From NCBI GenBank assembly GCA_019638285.1, contig JAHBUB010000006.1:44219-108218 (forward strand): a stretch of DNA of 64,000 nucleotides. Reading direction: 5' to 3'. The translations under genes were made by a program, and so were the position numbers. The stretch comes from Cyclobacteriaceae bacterium. Lineage in GTDB: Bacteria; Bacteroidota; Bacteroidia; Cytophagales; Cyclobacteriaceae. Below are positions 20,105-30,010 of the stretch, one piece after another (position 1 is the first letter of the stretch; every line of letters begins with the position of its first letter). A model generated the notes under the pieces. It did no database searches. It had not been told where the DNA came from and was given only the letters and a program-made list of their open reading frames with translations.

Positions 20105-20499
20105 GCTGATAACATTATTTCATTGGTTTTTACCATTGCTGTAACATTATCTCCCTTTTTCAAGATCAATTGATCAATCGCAGAAGTTGTGATTAGGGAA
20201 ACTATTTCTCCGATATCAGAGTCTAAAGTCAATCTGCCCAGTATTTCTCCTCTTTCAATTTTACTCACCACTCCGTTTATCCGATTCTGCAAACTCATTG
20301 GAGTTAAATCGCCTTTGGCTATGATCACCTCTGTTTCCTTAAACAAGACATTGATAGTATTGTCAATTTTCAAATAGGGAGCTGATTGTGGTGTCTCCAG
20401 CACAATGGATTTTAATAAGTACTTCCCCACTTTCAATTCAACCAAAGTCATATGGCCAGTAGTTTTCAAGTTGGAGACAATGCCTTTAAGGGTATTCAT
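20101..20499 (-). CDS. TOBE/Mop domain molybdate-binding protein
   Basis: Two TOBE repeats (FKETEV, S.QNRI.G.V, SLIT..A...L.LK.GD.V.AMVK.NEI) inside the mod operon. Confidence 0.88.
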   Translation of the reverse strand: MNTLKGIVSNLKTTGHMTLVELKVGKYLLKSIVLETPQSAPYLKIDNTINVLFKETEVIIAKGDLTPMSLQNRINGVVSKIERGEILGRLTLDSDIGEIVSLITTSAIDQLILKKGDNVTAMVKTNEIMLSA

Positions 20500-20510
20500 T
20501 TATGCCTGAT

Positions 20511-21260
20511 CTAGTTGACATGGTATCCATAATTTCTAAGAATCAATTTCGCCTGTTCGGAAAATAGAAATTTATAAAATTTGTCTGCCATTTCCCTGTT
20601 CTTTCCCTTGATCACCACAGCTCCTTGTGCAATCGGAGTATACAACTGCTGATCAACCTCTATCCATTTTCCCTTCTGGCCCATTTCATCCGATATAACT
20701 ACTGATTTGGATGTAAACCCAATTTCTGCTGCGTTGGAAATGACAAATTGATTTACCTGTGATATGCTTTCTCCATAAACTAATTTGCTATTTATCCTTT
20801 CTAGAAGATTGAGATTTTGAAGCACTTCGAGGGCGGCTTCGCCATAAGGTGCGGTTTTTGGATTGGCAATAGCGATATGTCGGATAGTATCGCTCTCCAA
20901 TTCGTTGAAAGATGGGGTAAGGATACCATCCGTACCCCAAAGCACCAGTATGCCAAATCCATATACCTCAGGCGCTCCAACAGTCAATCCTTTTTTGTAG
21001 AGCGCTTCTGGATACTTCATGTTGGCAGAAACAAATACGTCATATGGTGCTCCCCCTGCAATCTGTGCCGTGAGGCCACCCGATGATCCTATAACAATAT
21101 GACAGGCAATTCCCGTTTGATCCTGAAATGCTTTTGTCAGTTCTGTCATGGCAAACTGCACATTGGCAGCAGTGGCTATGGTCAGGCTAGGTTTGCTTTT
21201 GGATTGGCAACTGAAGAGAAGAACTAATAATGCAAAGTGACTTGTTTTCATAGTTATCAT
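20511..21260 (-). CDS. modA: Molybdate ABC transporter substrate-binding lipoprotein
   Basis: Lipobox LFSC. GSSG.L.AQI..GAPYD.F.SAN, IANPKTAPYG.AA, GESISQ. Confidence 0.93.
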   Translation of the reverse strand: MITMKTSHFALLVLLFSCQSKSKPSLTIATAANVQFAMTELTKAFQDQTGIACHIVIGSSGGLTAQIAGGAPYDVFVSANMKYPEALYKKGLTVGAPEVYGFGILVLWGTDGILTPSFNELESDTIRHIAIANPKTAPYGEAALEVLQNLNLLERINSKLVYGESISQVNQFVISNAAEIGFTSKSVVISDEMGQKGKWIEVDQQLYTPIAQGAVVIKGKNREMADKFYKFLFSEQAKLILRNYGYHVN

Positions 21261-21384
21261 GTACACTAACACAGAGAACCATCAAAATAACGAAAATCCA
21301 ATGTTAGAAAAATAAATTTCAACATTGCCTGTAACCATTCGCCATCTCCCCTACTCTCTTTAGTATAAACAAACATCTAATAAA

Positions 21385-21918
21385 ATGAAAAAACTTAAAA
21401 ATACAATCTTATGGGTTGCCTGCTTCTTTGCAGTACCAACCGTTTTCGCGCAAAGTAATCCTGAATTGTCTGATCCAGAAGTTGCTTCCGTGGCAGTAGT
21501 TGCCAACCAAATTGATGTCTCCTACGCTGAGATCGCCAAGAAAAAGTCAAAAAATGTCGAGGTTCTAAAATTTGCTGAAACCATGATGAATGATCACAAC
21601 GCAGTCATTGGTCAGGCTGTCGCACTAGCCAAAAAACTGGGCGTAACTCCCAAAGACAATCCGGTAAGTCAGCAATTATTGGCCGATGCAGTGACAACCA
21701 AAAAATCGCTTAACTCAAAATCTGGAAAGGCCTTTGATATCGCCTATGCAGATAACGAAGTGGCCTATCATAAAGCAGTAATATCTGCCGTTGAAGATCT
21801 TCTGATTCCGCAAACTGACAACGCAGAACTAAAAGACCTACTTACAAGTGTGGTGCCTGTTTTAAAAACCCATTTGGGCCATGCCGAGATGGTGCAAAAA
21901 ATGCTTAACGGCAAGTAA
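21385..21918 (+). CDS. DUF4142 family ferritin-like secreted protein
   Basis: Signal VFA|Q, V..FA..M..DH, FD.AY...EV.YH, L..HL.HA. Confidence 0.85.
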   Translation: MKKLKNTILWVACFFAVPTVFAQSNPELSDPEVASVAVVANQIDVSYAEIAKKKSKNVEVLKFAETMMNDHNAVIGQAVALAKKLGVTPKDNPVSQQLLADAVTTKKSLNSKSGKAFDIAYADNEVAYHKAVISAVEDLLIPQTDNAELKDLLTSVVPVLKTHLGHAEMVQKMLNGK

Positions 21919-21930
21919 TTCTAATAACCC

Positions 21931-22344
21931 ATGAAAGCCTATTTCTCATTAACGGTCCTTTTGTTTTTCCTCGTGAGTTGCTCAAGCAACGAATCGAACA
22001 ATGGAGAGAAGTATCCCCCATTTAAAGAAACACATGAAGTACAACCCGCCTCTCCGAATTCAACCGATGACACTAAAGTTGCCATAAAGAATACAGCTCA
22101 CTTTCATACGGTTGAAATTAAACAAATGAAGTTTGTACCCGCAGAACTTACCGTACACGAGGGAGATACCGTATTGTGGGTAAACAAAGACCTTGTGGCG
22201 CATGATGCAACTGAGGAGAACAAAAAGCTTTGGACATCAGGCCCTATTGCTCTTGGGGGATTGTGGAGTAAAGTGGTCACCGAAAGTGCCGATTACTATT
22301 GTTCTATTCATGTAGTCATGAAAGGAAAATTGACGGTAGAGTGA
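21931..22344 (+). CDS. Cupredoxin (plastocyanin/amicyanin-like) lipoprotein
   Basis: Lipobox LVSC. Type-1 Cu ligands AHD and YYCSIHVVM. Confidence 0.85.
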   Translation: MKAYFSLTVLLFFLVSCSSNESNNGEKYPPFKETHEVQPASPNSTDDTKVAIKNTAHFHTVEIKQMKFVPAELTVHEGDTVLWVNKDLVAHDATEENKKLWTSGPIALGGLWSKVVTESADYYCSIHVVMKGKLTVE

Positions 22345-22358
22345 TGTTTGGGTTAAGC

Positions 22359-22390
22359 TAGCCGCCTCAGCAATGGGGCGGTTATTTTTT
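22359..22390 (+). terminator. Intrinsic terminator between the cupredoxin and polA 3' ends
   Basis: TAGCCGCCTCA-GCAA-TGGGGCGGTTA followed by a T run. Confidence 0.8.
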
Positions 22391-25097
22391 AGTGTGCCTC
22401 TAACCAGTTCTTTCCTACACCTACCTCTACCTCCATAGGTACGTCTATTATCACGGCCGTTTTCATCAGTTCCACCACTTTCGGTTTCACAATCTTTTCC
22501 TCGTCTTTGTGCAAATCGAAAATTAATTCATCATGCACCTGCAGGATCATTTTCGTTTTCAGCTTCTCACGTTCAAGCCAGCCTTGAATATGCACCATTG
22601 CAATTTTTATAATATCAGCAGCGCTCCCCTGAATAGGGGCATTGATAGCGTTTCGCTCTGCAAATCCTCTGGTGGATACATTGCGTGAATTGATATCCCT
22701 TAAGTATCTTCTTCTCCCCAAAATTGTTTCTACGTACTCTTTCTCTCTTGCCATATTGATAGAATCATCCATATAACGCTTTATGGCAAAAAATTCTTTG
22801 AAATAGGATTCAATGATCTCAACTGCTTCCGTGCGCGATATGTTTAAGTTCTGCGCCAATCCAAATGCGGTACTTCCATATAGAATGCCAAAATTCACCT
22901 CTTTTGCTTTTCTGCGCATATCCGGTGTCACCTTTTTCAATGGCACATCAAACACTTTCGCGGCCGTAGTAGCGTGAATGTCTCTTCCCTCTCTGAAAGC
23001 CTCAATCATAATTTCATCTTTCGCAAATGAGGCAGCGATCCGCAACTCAATTTGGGAATAATCCGCAGACATGAAAAGATAATCTTTATCACGGGGCACA
23101 AAGGCACTGCGTATCTGTCTTCCTTTTTCCGTACGAATAGGAATATTCTGCAAATTAGGATTCATTGAACTCAAACGGCCTGTCGCTGCCACCGCCTGAC
23201 GGTAATCTGTATGAATCCTTCCATCCGTTTTACTGATCATTTTTGGAAGTGCATCTACATAGGTAGAACGCAATTTTTCGTACTCACGAAACTCAAGCAT
23301 TTTCCGAACGATCTCATGCTCACCTGCTAACTTCATCAATACATCCTCCCCTGTTGCGTACTGACCCGTTTTTGTTTTCTTTGGCTTATCTACCAGTTTC
23401 AGTTTGTCAAAGAGTATTTCTCCCACTTGCTTTGGTGAAGCGATATTAAACTCAGTGTCAGCAAGCTTGTAAATTTCCTTTTGTACTTTCTCACTGTCCT
23501 TCTGTAATGCTTCAGACATCCATGCCAGGGTCTTGGTATCCACCTGCACCCCCTCCGATTCCATGGCTGCTAACACTTCCACCAGGGGCATTTCAATATC
23601 GCTCATTAGCTTGCTGTGTCCCTTCTCCTCCAGCGCTACTTTTAGTCGCTGTTTCAGCAGCAAAATAATTTCTGTCCGCTCACACACATTGTCTATCTCA
23701 TTTTCACTGGCGATCAATTGATAGTCGAGGAATTGATTTGCAAGAATATCCAACTCATGGGAAGACTCTGCTTCAATGAGATAGTGTGCCAACATGGTGT
23801 CAAATAGATTTCCTCTCAATGGCACGCCATATTTCTTGAGTGCCAGTATTGACTGTTTGATATTATGGCCGCACTTGGCAATCCTTTCGTCTAAAAGCAA
23901 AGGAGCAAATTCATCTAAAATAGATTTCGTTTCCTTTTCATTTATAATTGGAGCGTAATGGGTTTCTCCGGGCAGGGAGAATACCATTGCCTTTAATTCA
24001 AAATCAAAATTAGCCGCATTAGAGATCACTACCTCCAGTGCAAACTCAGGCTGTCCTTCCAATTTTAAAATAAGCTTTCCTCGCTCTTCTGCATCATTTG
24101 CCTCATGGTACTTCCCTTTACCAACTCCCACTGCTTTTTGTGGTGCCCCTCCGCCAAACATGGATAACTGAGAATTTCCTTTCGCCTTATCTTCTGGCGG
24201 AGGTATAGCCCCTCCTGAAGTGGCAAAAGCCCTGGTCATGATGGAGCGAAACTCAAGCTCCTCGAAAATAGGTCGTAACACCTTTTCGTTGAGTGTAGTG
24301 TATCTAAGTTTTTCCTCATTGAATTCTGCCGGCACATCAGTAACAATGGTAGCTAGTTTTTTAGAAAGTATTGCCTGCTCGCCAAACTCTTCTACTCTTT
24401 CTTTTTGCTTGCCTTTCAGTTCGTGAGCATGTTTGACAACATTTTCAACGGTACCATATTTTTTTAGTAATACAGAAGCAGTCTTAGGCCCGATACCCGG
24501 AATACCAGGGATGTTATCTGAGGTATCCCCCTGCAGGCCCAACATATCAATAACCTGCGAAACATTGTCGATATCCCATTTCTCACACACCTCGGCTATG
24601 CCCAATACATCCACAGCATTGCCCATATAGGCAGGCTTATAGAGAAACACATTTTCTTTTACCAATTGTCCAAAGTCTTTGTCGGGCGTCATCATGTACA
24701 CCTCAAAGCCCTCTTTTGCTGCGCGGGTAGCTAATGTGCCGATCACATCATCCGCTTCATAGCCATCCATTTCCAAAATGGGTATGTTAAATCCTTCAAT
24801 AATTTCTTTGACTATCGGAATTCCGTATCGAATGTCTTCTGGCGTTTCCTGTCGGGTGGCCTTGTAGTCCTTAAAAATTTCATCTCGAAATGTAGGGGCC
24901 GCTGTATCAAAACAAACAGCGATGTGCGTAGGCTTTTGCTTTTGAAGTACCTCAAGCAAGGTGTTCGTAAATCCAAAAGGCACTGATGTGTTCCTGCCTT
25001 TAGAGTTGATGCGGGGGTTTTTAGTGAACGCAAAATGGGCCCTATAAATAAGAGCGTAGGCGTCCAATAAAAAGAGTTTTTTGGTATTTTTTGACAT
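22389..25097 (-). CDS. polA: DNA polymerase I
   Basis: 5' nuclease LLDAYALIYRA and EADDVIG. Polymerase motifs ADYSQIELRI, RRKAKEVNFGILYG, LQVHDEL. Confidence 0.98.
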   Translation of the reverse strand: MSKNTKKLFLLDAYALIYRAHFAFTKNPRINSKGRNTSVPFGFTNTLLEVLQKQKPTHIAVCFDTAAPTFRDEIFKDYKATRQETPEDIRYGIPIVKEIIEGFNIPILEMDGYEADDVIGTLATRAAKEGFEVYMMTPDKDFGQLVKENVFLYKPAYMGNAVDVLGIAEVCEKWDIDNVSQVIDMLGLQGDTSDNIPGIPGIGPKTASVLLKKYGTVENVVKHAHELKGKQKERVEEFGEQAILSKKLATIVTDVPAEFNEEKLRYTTLNEKVLRPIFEELEFRSIMTRAFATSGGAIPPPEDKAKGNSQLSMFGGGAPQKAVGVGKGKYHEANDAEERGKLILKLEGQPEFALEVVISNAANFDFELKAMVFSLPGETHYAPIINEKETKSILDEFAPLLLDERIAKCGHNIKQSILALKKYGVPLRGNLFDTMLAHYLIEAESSHELDILANQFLDYQLIASENEIDNVCERTEIILLLKQRLKVALEEKGHSKLMSDIEMPLVEVLAAMESEGVQVDTKTLAWMSEALQKDSEKVQKEIYKLADTEFNIASPKQVGEILFDKLKLVDKPKKTKTGQYATGEDVLMKLAGEHEIVRKMLEFREYEKLRSTYVDALPKMISKTDGRIHTDYRQAVAATGRLSSMNPNLQNIPIRTEKGRQIRSAFVPRDKDYLFMSADYSQIELRIAASFAKDEIMIEAFREGRDIHATTAAKVFDVPLKKVTPDMRRKAKEVNFGILYGSTAFGLAQNLNISRTEAVEIIESYFKEFFAIKRYMDDSINMAREKEYVETILGRRRYLRDINSRNVSTRGFAERNAINAPIQGSAADIIKIAMVHIQGWLEREKLKTKMILQVHDELIFDLHKDEEKIVKPKVVELMKTAVIIDVPMEVEVGVGKNWLEAH

Positions 25098-25196
25098 ATC
25101 AGCAACTTAATCAACGAAAAGAAACATTTGTATAAAAATTGTACTTTTATCAACCTCCAAAAGGAGACACAAAATACATCGCCAAATCAGTACATT

Positions 25197-26834
25197 ATGA
25201 ATGGACCATTGGAATATTTTTTGCATTGGGAAAAGGCTGCTCCTAATGATATTTTTCTCCGTCAACCGTTTGGTGACAAATGGAAGACAAGGACCTGGGA
25301 AGAGGCGGGTAATGAAATAAGGAAAGTGGCGGGGTATCTTGAATCATTAAGTCTGCCGGCACATAGTCATATCGCTATTTTTTCCAAAAATTGTTCTGAA
25401 TGGATCATGGCTGATCTAGCCATTATGATGGCCGGTCATGTTTCTGTTCCTGTCTACCCTACACTTTCCGCAGACAATGTGCAGAAGATCATTGAGCACA
25501 GTGAATCAAAAGCTATCATCATTGGAAAACTTGATAATTATAATCCACAACAATCTGGGATACCCAATTCTTTAATTAAAATTAGCGTTTCATCATACGG
25601 AATAATGGATGGAGTAGTTTGGGAAGAATTGATTGAAAGTCAATCTCCAATTGCAAGCCCTGTTATATTGGCTCATGATGATATTCTTACCATCATTTAC
25701 ACTTCTGGCACTACAGGTACTCCAAAAGGAGTGGTGCATAGCATGGGAAACTTCGATACTACAGTAAAAATGGCGCAGAAAGAAGTTGGGTTTCCTGATC
25801 GCCCGCGTGTTATGTCTTATTTGCCACTTAGCCATATAGCAGAAAGATTAGGTGGGGAGTTTGAGGGACTTTTCAAAGGTGCTCAATTCAGTTTCCCTGA
25901 AACACTTGAGTCTTTTGCTAAAAATCTGGTGGACACAAAGCCAAATTACTTTATTGCTGTGCCCCGAATATGGACCAAATTCCAGGAGAAGATTCTAGAA
26001 AAAATGCCGCAGAAAAAACTAGACAAGCTGTTACCCCTGCCTATTATAGGATCAATTGTAAAAAATACTATTAAGAAAAAGTTAGGCCTTAATAAAGCTT
26101 CACTTTTCATTTCAGGAGCTGCGCCCCTAAGTAAAAGCACGATGGAGTGGTATGACAAACTTGGAATTACCATTTATCAAGTATTGGGCATGACGGAAGA
26201 TTGCGTATATGCTCACTTCAATAGGCCTGGAGCCAACAAATTTGGAACAGTAGGACAGCCCATGGGGGGGTTGCAAGTAAAGTTGGCTGATAATGGAGAA
26301 TTAAGGGTGAAGAGTCCATGCTTAATGAAGGGATATTACAAGGACCCTGATCTTACCGCTACCATGTTTGATGAAGATGGTTACTTGAAAACAGGTGATA
26401 CTGGTGAAATTGACAGTGAAGGGTTTTTAACAATTATTGGAAGAGTAAAAGATCAATTTAAGACTGACAAAGGAAAATATATTTCACCTTCTCCCATTGA
26501 AATGAAGCTGATGCAAAATACCGATATCGAGCAAGTGTGTGTTGTCGGCATGGGTGTTCCGCAACCCATCGCGCTTACTGTGCTATCCATCCATGGAAAA
26601 GAAAAAAACACTAAAGATCTGATCAAAAGCTTAACCGATGCGATAGATCATACTAACGCAACGCTTGAATCGCATGAACAAATTGAAAAAGCAATTATCA
26701 TGAAATCAGACTGGACCATAGAAAACGAAATGGTTACTCCCTCCATGAAATTGAAAAGAAATGCCATCGAAAAGACCCATCTCCACAACTATCCCAAATG
26801 GTATGCTGAGGAAGGAAAGGTAGTGTGGGAATAG
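25197..26834 (+). CDS. Long-chain acyl-CoA synthetase (AMP-binding)
   Basis: YTSGTTGTPKGV, SYLPLSHIAER, YLKTGD.GE.D..GFL.I.GR.KD.FKT.KGKYI.P. ATG 25197 preferred. Confidence 0.92.
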   Translation: MNGPLEYFLHWEKAAPNDIFLRQPFGDKWKTRTWEEAGNEIRKVAGYLESLSLPAHSHIAIFSKNCSEWIMADLAIMMAGHVSVPVYPTLSADNVQKIIEHSESKAIIIGKLDNYNPQQSGIPNSLIKISVSSYGIMDGVVWEELIESQSPIASPVILAHDDILTIIYTSGTTGTPKGVVHSMGNFDTTVKMAQKEVGFPDRPRVMSYLPLSHIAERLGGEFEGLFKGAQFSFPETLESFAKNLVDTKPNYFIAVPRIWTKFQEKILEKMPQKKLDKLLPLPIIGSIVKNTIKKKLGLNKASLFISGAAPLSKSTMEWYDKLGITIYQVLGMTEDCVYAHFNRPGANKFGTVGQPMGGLQVKLADNGELRVKSPCLMKGYYKDPDLTATMFDEDGYLKTGDTGEIDSEGFLTIIGRVKDQFKTDKGKYISPSPIEMKLMQNTDIEQVCVVGMGVPQPIALTVLSIHGKEKNTKDLIKSLTDAIDHTNATLESHEQIEKAIIMKSDWTIENEMVTPSMKLKRNAIEKTHLHNYPKWYAEEGKVVWE

Positions 26835-26837
26835 TGC

Positions 26838-26873
26838 CTGATAAATATCCCTGGCGCGGTTGATAAATGTCAT
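26838..26873 (+). promoter_or_regulatory. Two Crp/Fnr-like boxes upstream of the CBS gene
   Basis: CTGAT-AAAT-ATCCC (26838-26851) and TTGAT-AAAT-GTCAT (26860-26873), 22 bp apart. Confidence 0.45.
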
Positions 26874-26920
26874 AGACTAAATACTCTTCTGAAACTATCT
26901 TACACTAAACAAATTTTAAG

Positions 26921-27346
26921 ATGAAAAAGAGAGAGCCAGTAAGTCATATCATGACAGAGAATGTATTCAGTGTGGATATTGGAACCAACCTGAAAGAGGT
27001 AAAAGGTCTGATCAGCCAACAAAAGATCAGGCATGTACCGGTAATGAAAGGAAAGCAACTGGTGGGTATCATCAGCAAAACTGATATCAATCGCTTATCA
27101 TTTAGCGGATTGTTTGAAGATCAGGAGGGTGCCGATGAGGCTATCTTTGAAATGCTTAATCTCAGCCAAGTGATGACTCACAAACCTAAAGTAGTAAAAG
27201 GGTCTGACTCCATTAAAGAGGTTGCAGAAATTTTTGCCACTTCAGAATTTCATGCACTGCCTGTAGTCAATGAAAATGATCCTACTAAACTGGAGGGTAT
27301 TGTAACGACTACGGATGTCATCCGTTACATGTTGGAGCAGTATTAA
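26921..27346 (+). CDS. CBS-pair protein
   Basis: Two CBS repeats: IRHVPV...LVGIISKTD and FHALPVV...LEGIVTTTDV. Confidence 0.92.
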   Translation: MKKREPVSHIMTENVFSVDIGTNLKEVKGLISQQKIRHVPVMKGKQLVGIISKTDINRLSFSGLFEDQEGADEAIFEMLNLSQVMTHKPKVVKGSDSIKEVAEIFATSEFHALPVVNENDPTKLEGIVTTTDVIRYMLEQY

Positions 27347-27358
27347 ATTCAAAAACAG

Positions 27359-27384
27359 CACTGCGTCATTCCCTTGGCGCGGTG
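27359..27384. terminator. GC-rich hairpin between convergent CBS and hydrolase genes
   Basis: CACTGCGTCA-TTCCCT-TGGCGCGGTG, a 10-bp stem with G-U pairs. No clear U tract. Confidence 0.45.
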
Positions 27385-27395
27385 TGCAGTATTGC

Positions 27396-28241
27396 CTATT
27401 TCAACCTTGCTTTAAAATAAGCGATGGTTTTTGCCCTTGAGTCTTTGTAGGCCTTCTCATCATAAATAGGGTTGCTTGGGTTGGCAAAAGCATGATCTGC
27501 ATCGTATGAATAAACGGTCAGCTTTTTACCGGCCTCTTTCATATTCGCCTCAAATTTATCCATCACCTCTTTGTTGATCCATTGGTCTTTGGTGGGCCAG
27601 ATATTGAGCACATCAGAGTTTAGTTTTTTTAGACGCTCCACATTATCTTCCGGCATTCCATAAAACATTACGCAGGCCTCTGTTTGTTTTCCTGCCAGTA
27701 GCGCGGCTTGTAATGAAAGCCCACCGCCAAAGCACCATCCCACGGTTCCAATTTTCGCATCCTTACCCACATAAGTCAATGCACCATTTATAATGGCATC
27801 GCCTCTTTGTTGACTGAAAGCCTGCATATATTTACCTGCATTCTCTCCATCTGTGGCCAGTTTTCCATCATACATATCTAATGCAATTACGTTCACGTTT
27901 CCAAGTTCCTTGTACAGGTCTTCTGACCATCCTTTGATGTTGTCATTCAATCCCCACCACTCTTGAAAAACAAATATCCAATTATTCGTTTTCTTGTCTG
28001 GCTTAATAACATATGCATTGGCCTTCTTGCCATCCGCACAATCAAACGTAATCATCTTCCCGCCTTCTTCGCTTATATGTACATAGGCGCGAGGGATTTG
28101 ATGCTGACTATTAAACGCTTTGTTGGAAGCCATTAAAGCAAATTTTTCAACGGCAGGTGTATGACAAATTGTAATGTCATCCTGCGCATAGCTGATGGTA
28201 GCAATCGTCAGTAGCGCAAAACTTAGATATGTGTTTTTCAT
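27396..28241 (-). CDS. Dienelactone hydrolase family protein (secreted)
   Basis: QEWWGLND, nucleophile GWCFGG, YDADHAFANPS. Signal SYA|Q. Confidence 0.92.
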   Translation of the reverse strand: MKNTYLSFALLTIATISYAQDDITICHTPAVEKFALMASNKAFNSQHQIPRAYVHISEEGGKMITFDCADGKKANAYVIKPDKKTNNWIFVFQEWWGLNDNIKGWSEDLYKELGNVNVIALDMYDGKLATDGENAGKYMQAFSQQRGDAIINGALTYVGKDAKIGTVGWCFGGGLSLQAALLAGKQTEACVMFYGMPEDNVERLKKLNSDVLNIWPTKDQWINKEVMDKFEANMKEAGKKLTVYSYDADHAFANPSNPIYDEKAYKDSRAKTIAYFKARLK

Positions 28242-28294
28242 AGTATTTAGATTTGACAGGTTATGGATAAAAACGTTTTAGTGTCCAAATAGTT

Positions 28295-28765
28295 TTAATC
28301 CTTCCACTGGCCTGTAATTACTCTGTCATAGGTGATAAAATCTGTGTTTATTGGCTCAAGTCCTTTTTGACGTAATAGTAAGGCCACTTGTGCCCGATGA
28401 TAGGTAGAGTGATTTACCAAATGAATCATAATCTGCTCTACATTATTTTTATAGGGATCGCCTACATAATTGTTATAAACCAATTCACGGTTAAAATCTT
28501 CCGTCTCTTCAACAAATTTTAGCCAGCGTGTAGTGATCTCTTCATTCATTTCAGCCAATTCAATGAGCGAGTATTGCTTCCAAAGTGGATAAGCTTCAGG
28601 GGACTTTCCTTCAATCCTACTTAGCCATATAAACAAGGCAGAGATCACATGGCTCATAATAGTCAGTATCTGTTTGTCTTCTACTTCCTGATCCTCAAGA
28701 CCTCCGAGCACACGCTTGTTAGCCCATTGATTATACCGATACAATTTAATAAAGTAATCCTTCAT
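28295..28765 (-). CDS. DinB family protein
   Basis: YNQWANKR, HVISA...W..R, HLVNHSTYHRAQ. Confidence 0.9.
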   Translation of the reverse strand: MKDYFIKLYRYNQWANKRVLGGLEDQEVEDKQILTIMSHVISALFIWLSRIEGKSPEAYPLWKQYSLIELAEMNEEITTRWLKFVEETEDFNRELVYNNYVGDPYKNNVEQIMIHLVNHSTYHRAQVALLLRQKGLEPINTDFITYDRVITGQWKD

Positions 28766-28924
28766 GATTTTAAATACACTAATTTGGTTTTAATGATTCG
28801 CAATTTATGCGGTTTAGTTTTAAAATTATCTTGAATATTTGATTCTAGGTCGTTTGGTACTATAAACCGGTAAAAAACACTTTTGAATACTTAGAGATTT
28901 TTTATCAATCGGAAAAACCAGAGG

Positions 28925-30010
28925 TTAGTCTTTCTTTTTCTTTATTAATACATTCTCGATATTGCCATTTTCAGTAAGGAGTATGGCAATATTGCGTGTA
29001 GCCGGAAATTGAGCCAAGGTGATCAACATGATGGAAGTAATGGGCACAGATAAAAACATACCTAATAAATCCCACACGTATCCCCAAAAGGACAGCGCAA
29101 CCACTACCACCAATGGGCTCAAATTCAGGGATTTTCCCATTACTTTTGGTTCGATATAATTGCCTACGACTAATTGTATTATTTCCACACTGATGAACAC
29201 CCATACAAATGACCATAAAGAACCGAATTGGACCATGGCAAAGATGGAAGGTAGTAAGGTGGCAATTAAAGAACCTATGTAGGGAATATAATTGAAGACA
29301 AAAATCAAGAAGGCCCAGAGAAATGCGTAATCAACATCAAATAATCGAAGCACAATATAACTCAGGGCACCTGTCAAAATACTAATTCCGGTTTTAAGCG
29401 TAATGTATTTATTGGTAGACTCATAAATTTCATTGAGAACCTCTTGAATGCGTAAACGCTTTTTCTGATCCGGAAATATCAGTTCGATTTTTTTTGAAAA
29501 AGTGGCCTCTTCCAGTAATAAGAATACAATATAAATTATAACAATAACGATTGTGCCGATAGTAGCCGATAGCGAAGATAGGGTGCCGGCTAGAAATCCC
29601 TGAAGGTCAATCTTATTAAGCTGGTCTTGTAACTGATCGGTAATGTCTACGACACCCAGTGATTCCCCCAAATCAATTAAGAAAATATCAAAAGTAGCCT
29701 TATACGTAGAAAAATTTGCTACGATGGCACTTAGGTTAGTGATGATGAGATTGATTGTAACCTGAACCGTCCCGAAAATTATTGCTAGTGAAAGTGTGCC
29801 TTTGAGCCACTTTGGTAGCTGCCTGCCCATTATATTAATTTTACCAATGTAGTTGTAAATGGTTTTAATCAAGTACCAAACCATCACGGCCATTACAAAT
29901 GGCTTTAATAAATCCTTAAAATAAATAATAAAGAATATGGACAACCCAATAAGTATCGAGATCAAAATGATCCTAAAAACTAAATTCTCTGCAAGGGACT
30001 TCTGTTCCAT
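28925..30010 (-). CDS. AI-2E (PerM) family transporter
   Basis: Multi-TM. FVFNYIPYIGS and NYIEPK.MG.SLNLSPLVV...L.FWG..W...GMFLSVP. Confidence 0.92.
   Translation of the reverse strand: MEQKSLAENLVFRIILISILIGLSIFFIIYFKDLLKPFVMAVMVWYLIKTIYNYIGKINIMGRQLPKWLKGTLSLAIIFGTVQVTINLIITNLSAIVANFSTYKATFDIFLIDLGESLGVVDITDQLQDQLNKIDLQGFLAGTLSSLSATIGTIVIVIIYIVFLLLEEATFSKKIELIFPDQKKRLRIQEVLNEIYESTNKYITLKTGISILTGALSYIVLRLFDVDYAFLWAFLIFVFNYIPYIGSLIATLLPSIFAMVQFGSLWSFVWVFISVEIIQLVVGNYIEPKVMGKSLNLSPLVVVVALSFWGYVWDLLGMFLSVPITSIMLITLAQFPATRNIAILLTENGNIENVLIKKKKD

Noticed and set aside
21261-21384. Possible ModE site or Moco riboswitch upstream of modA
   Set aside because: No ATCG-TATATA-type palindrome and no convincing structure. 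The spacer is short and shared with a divergent gene.
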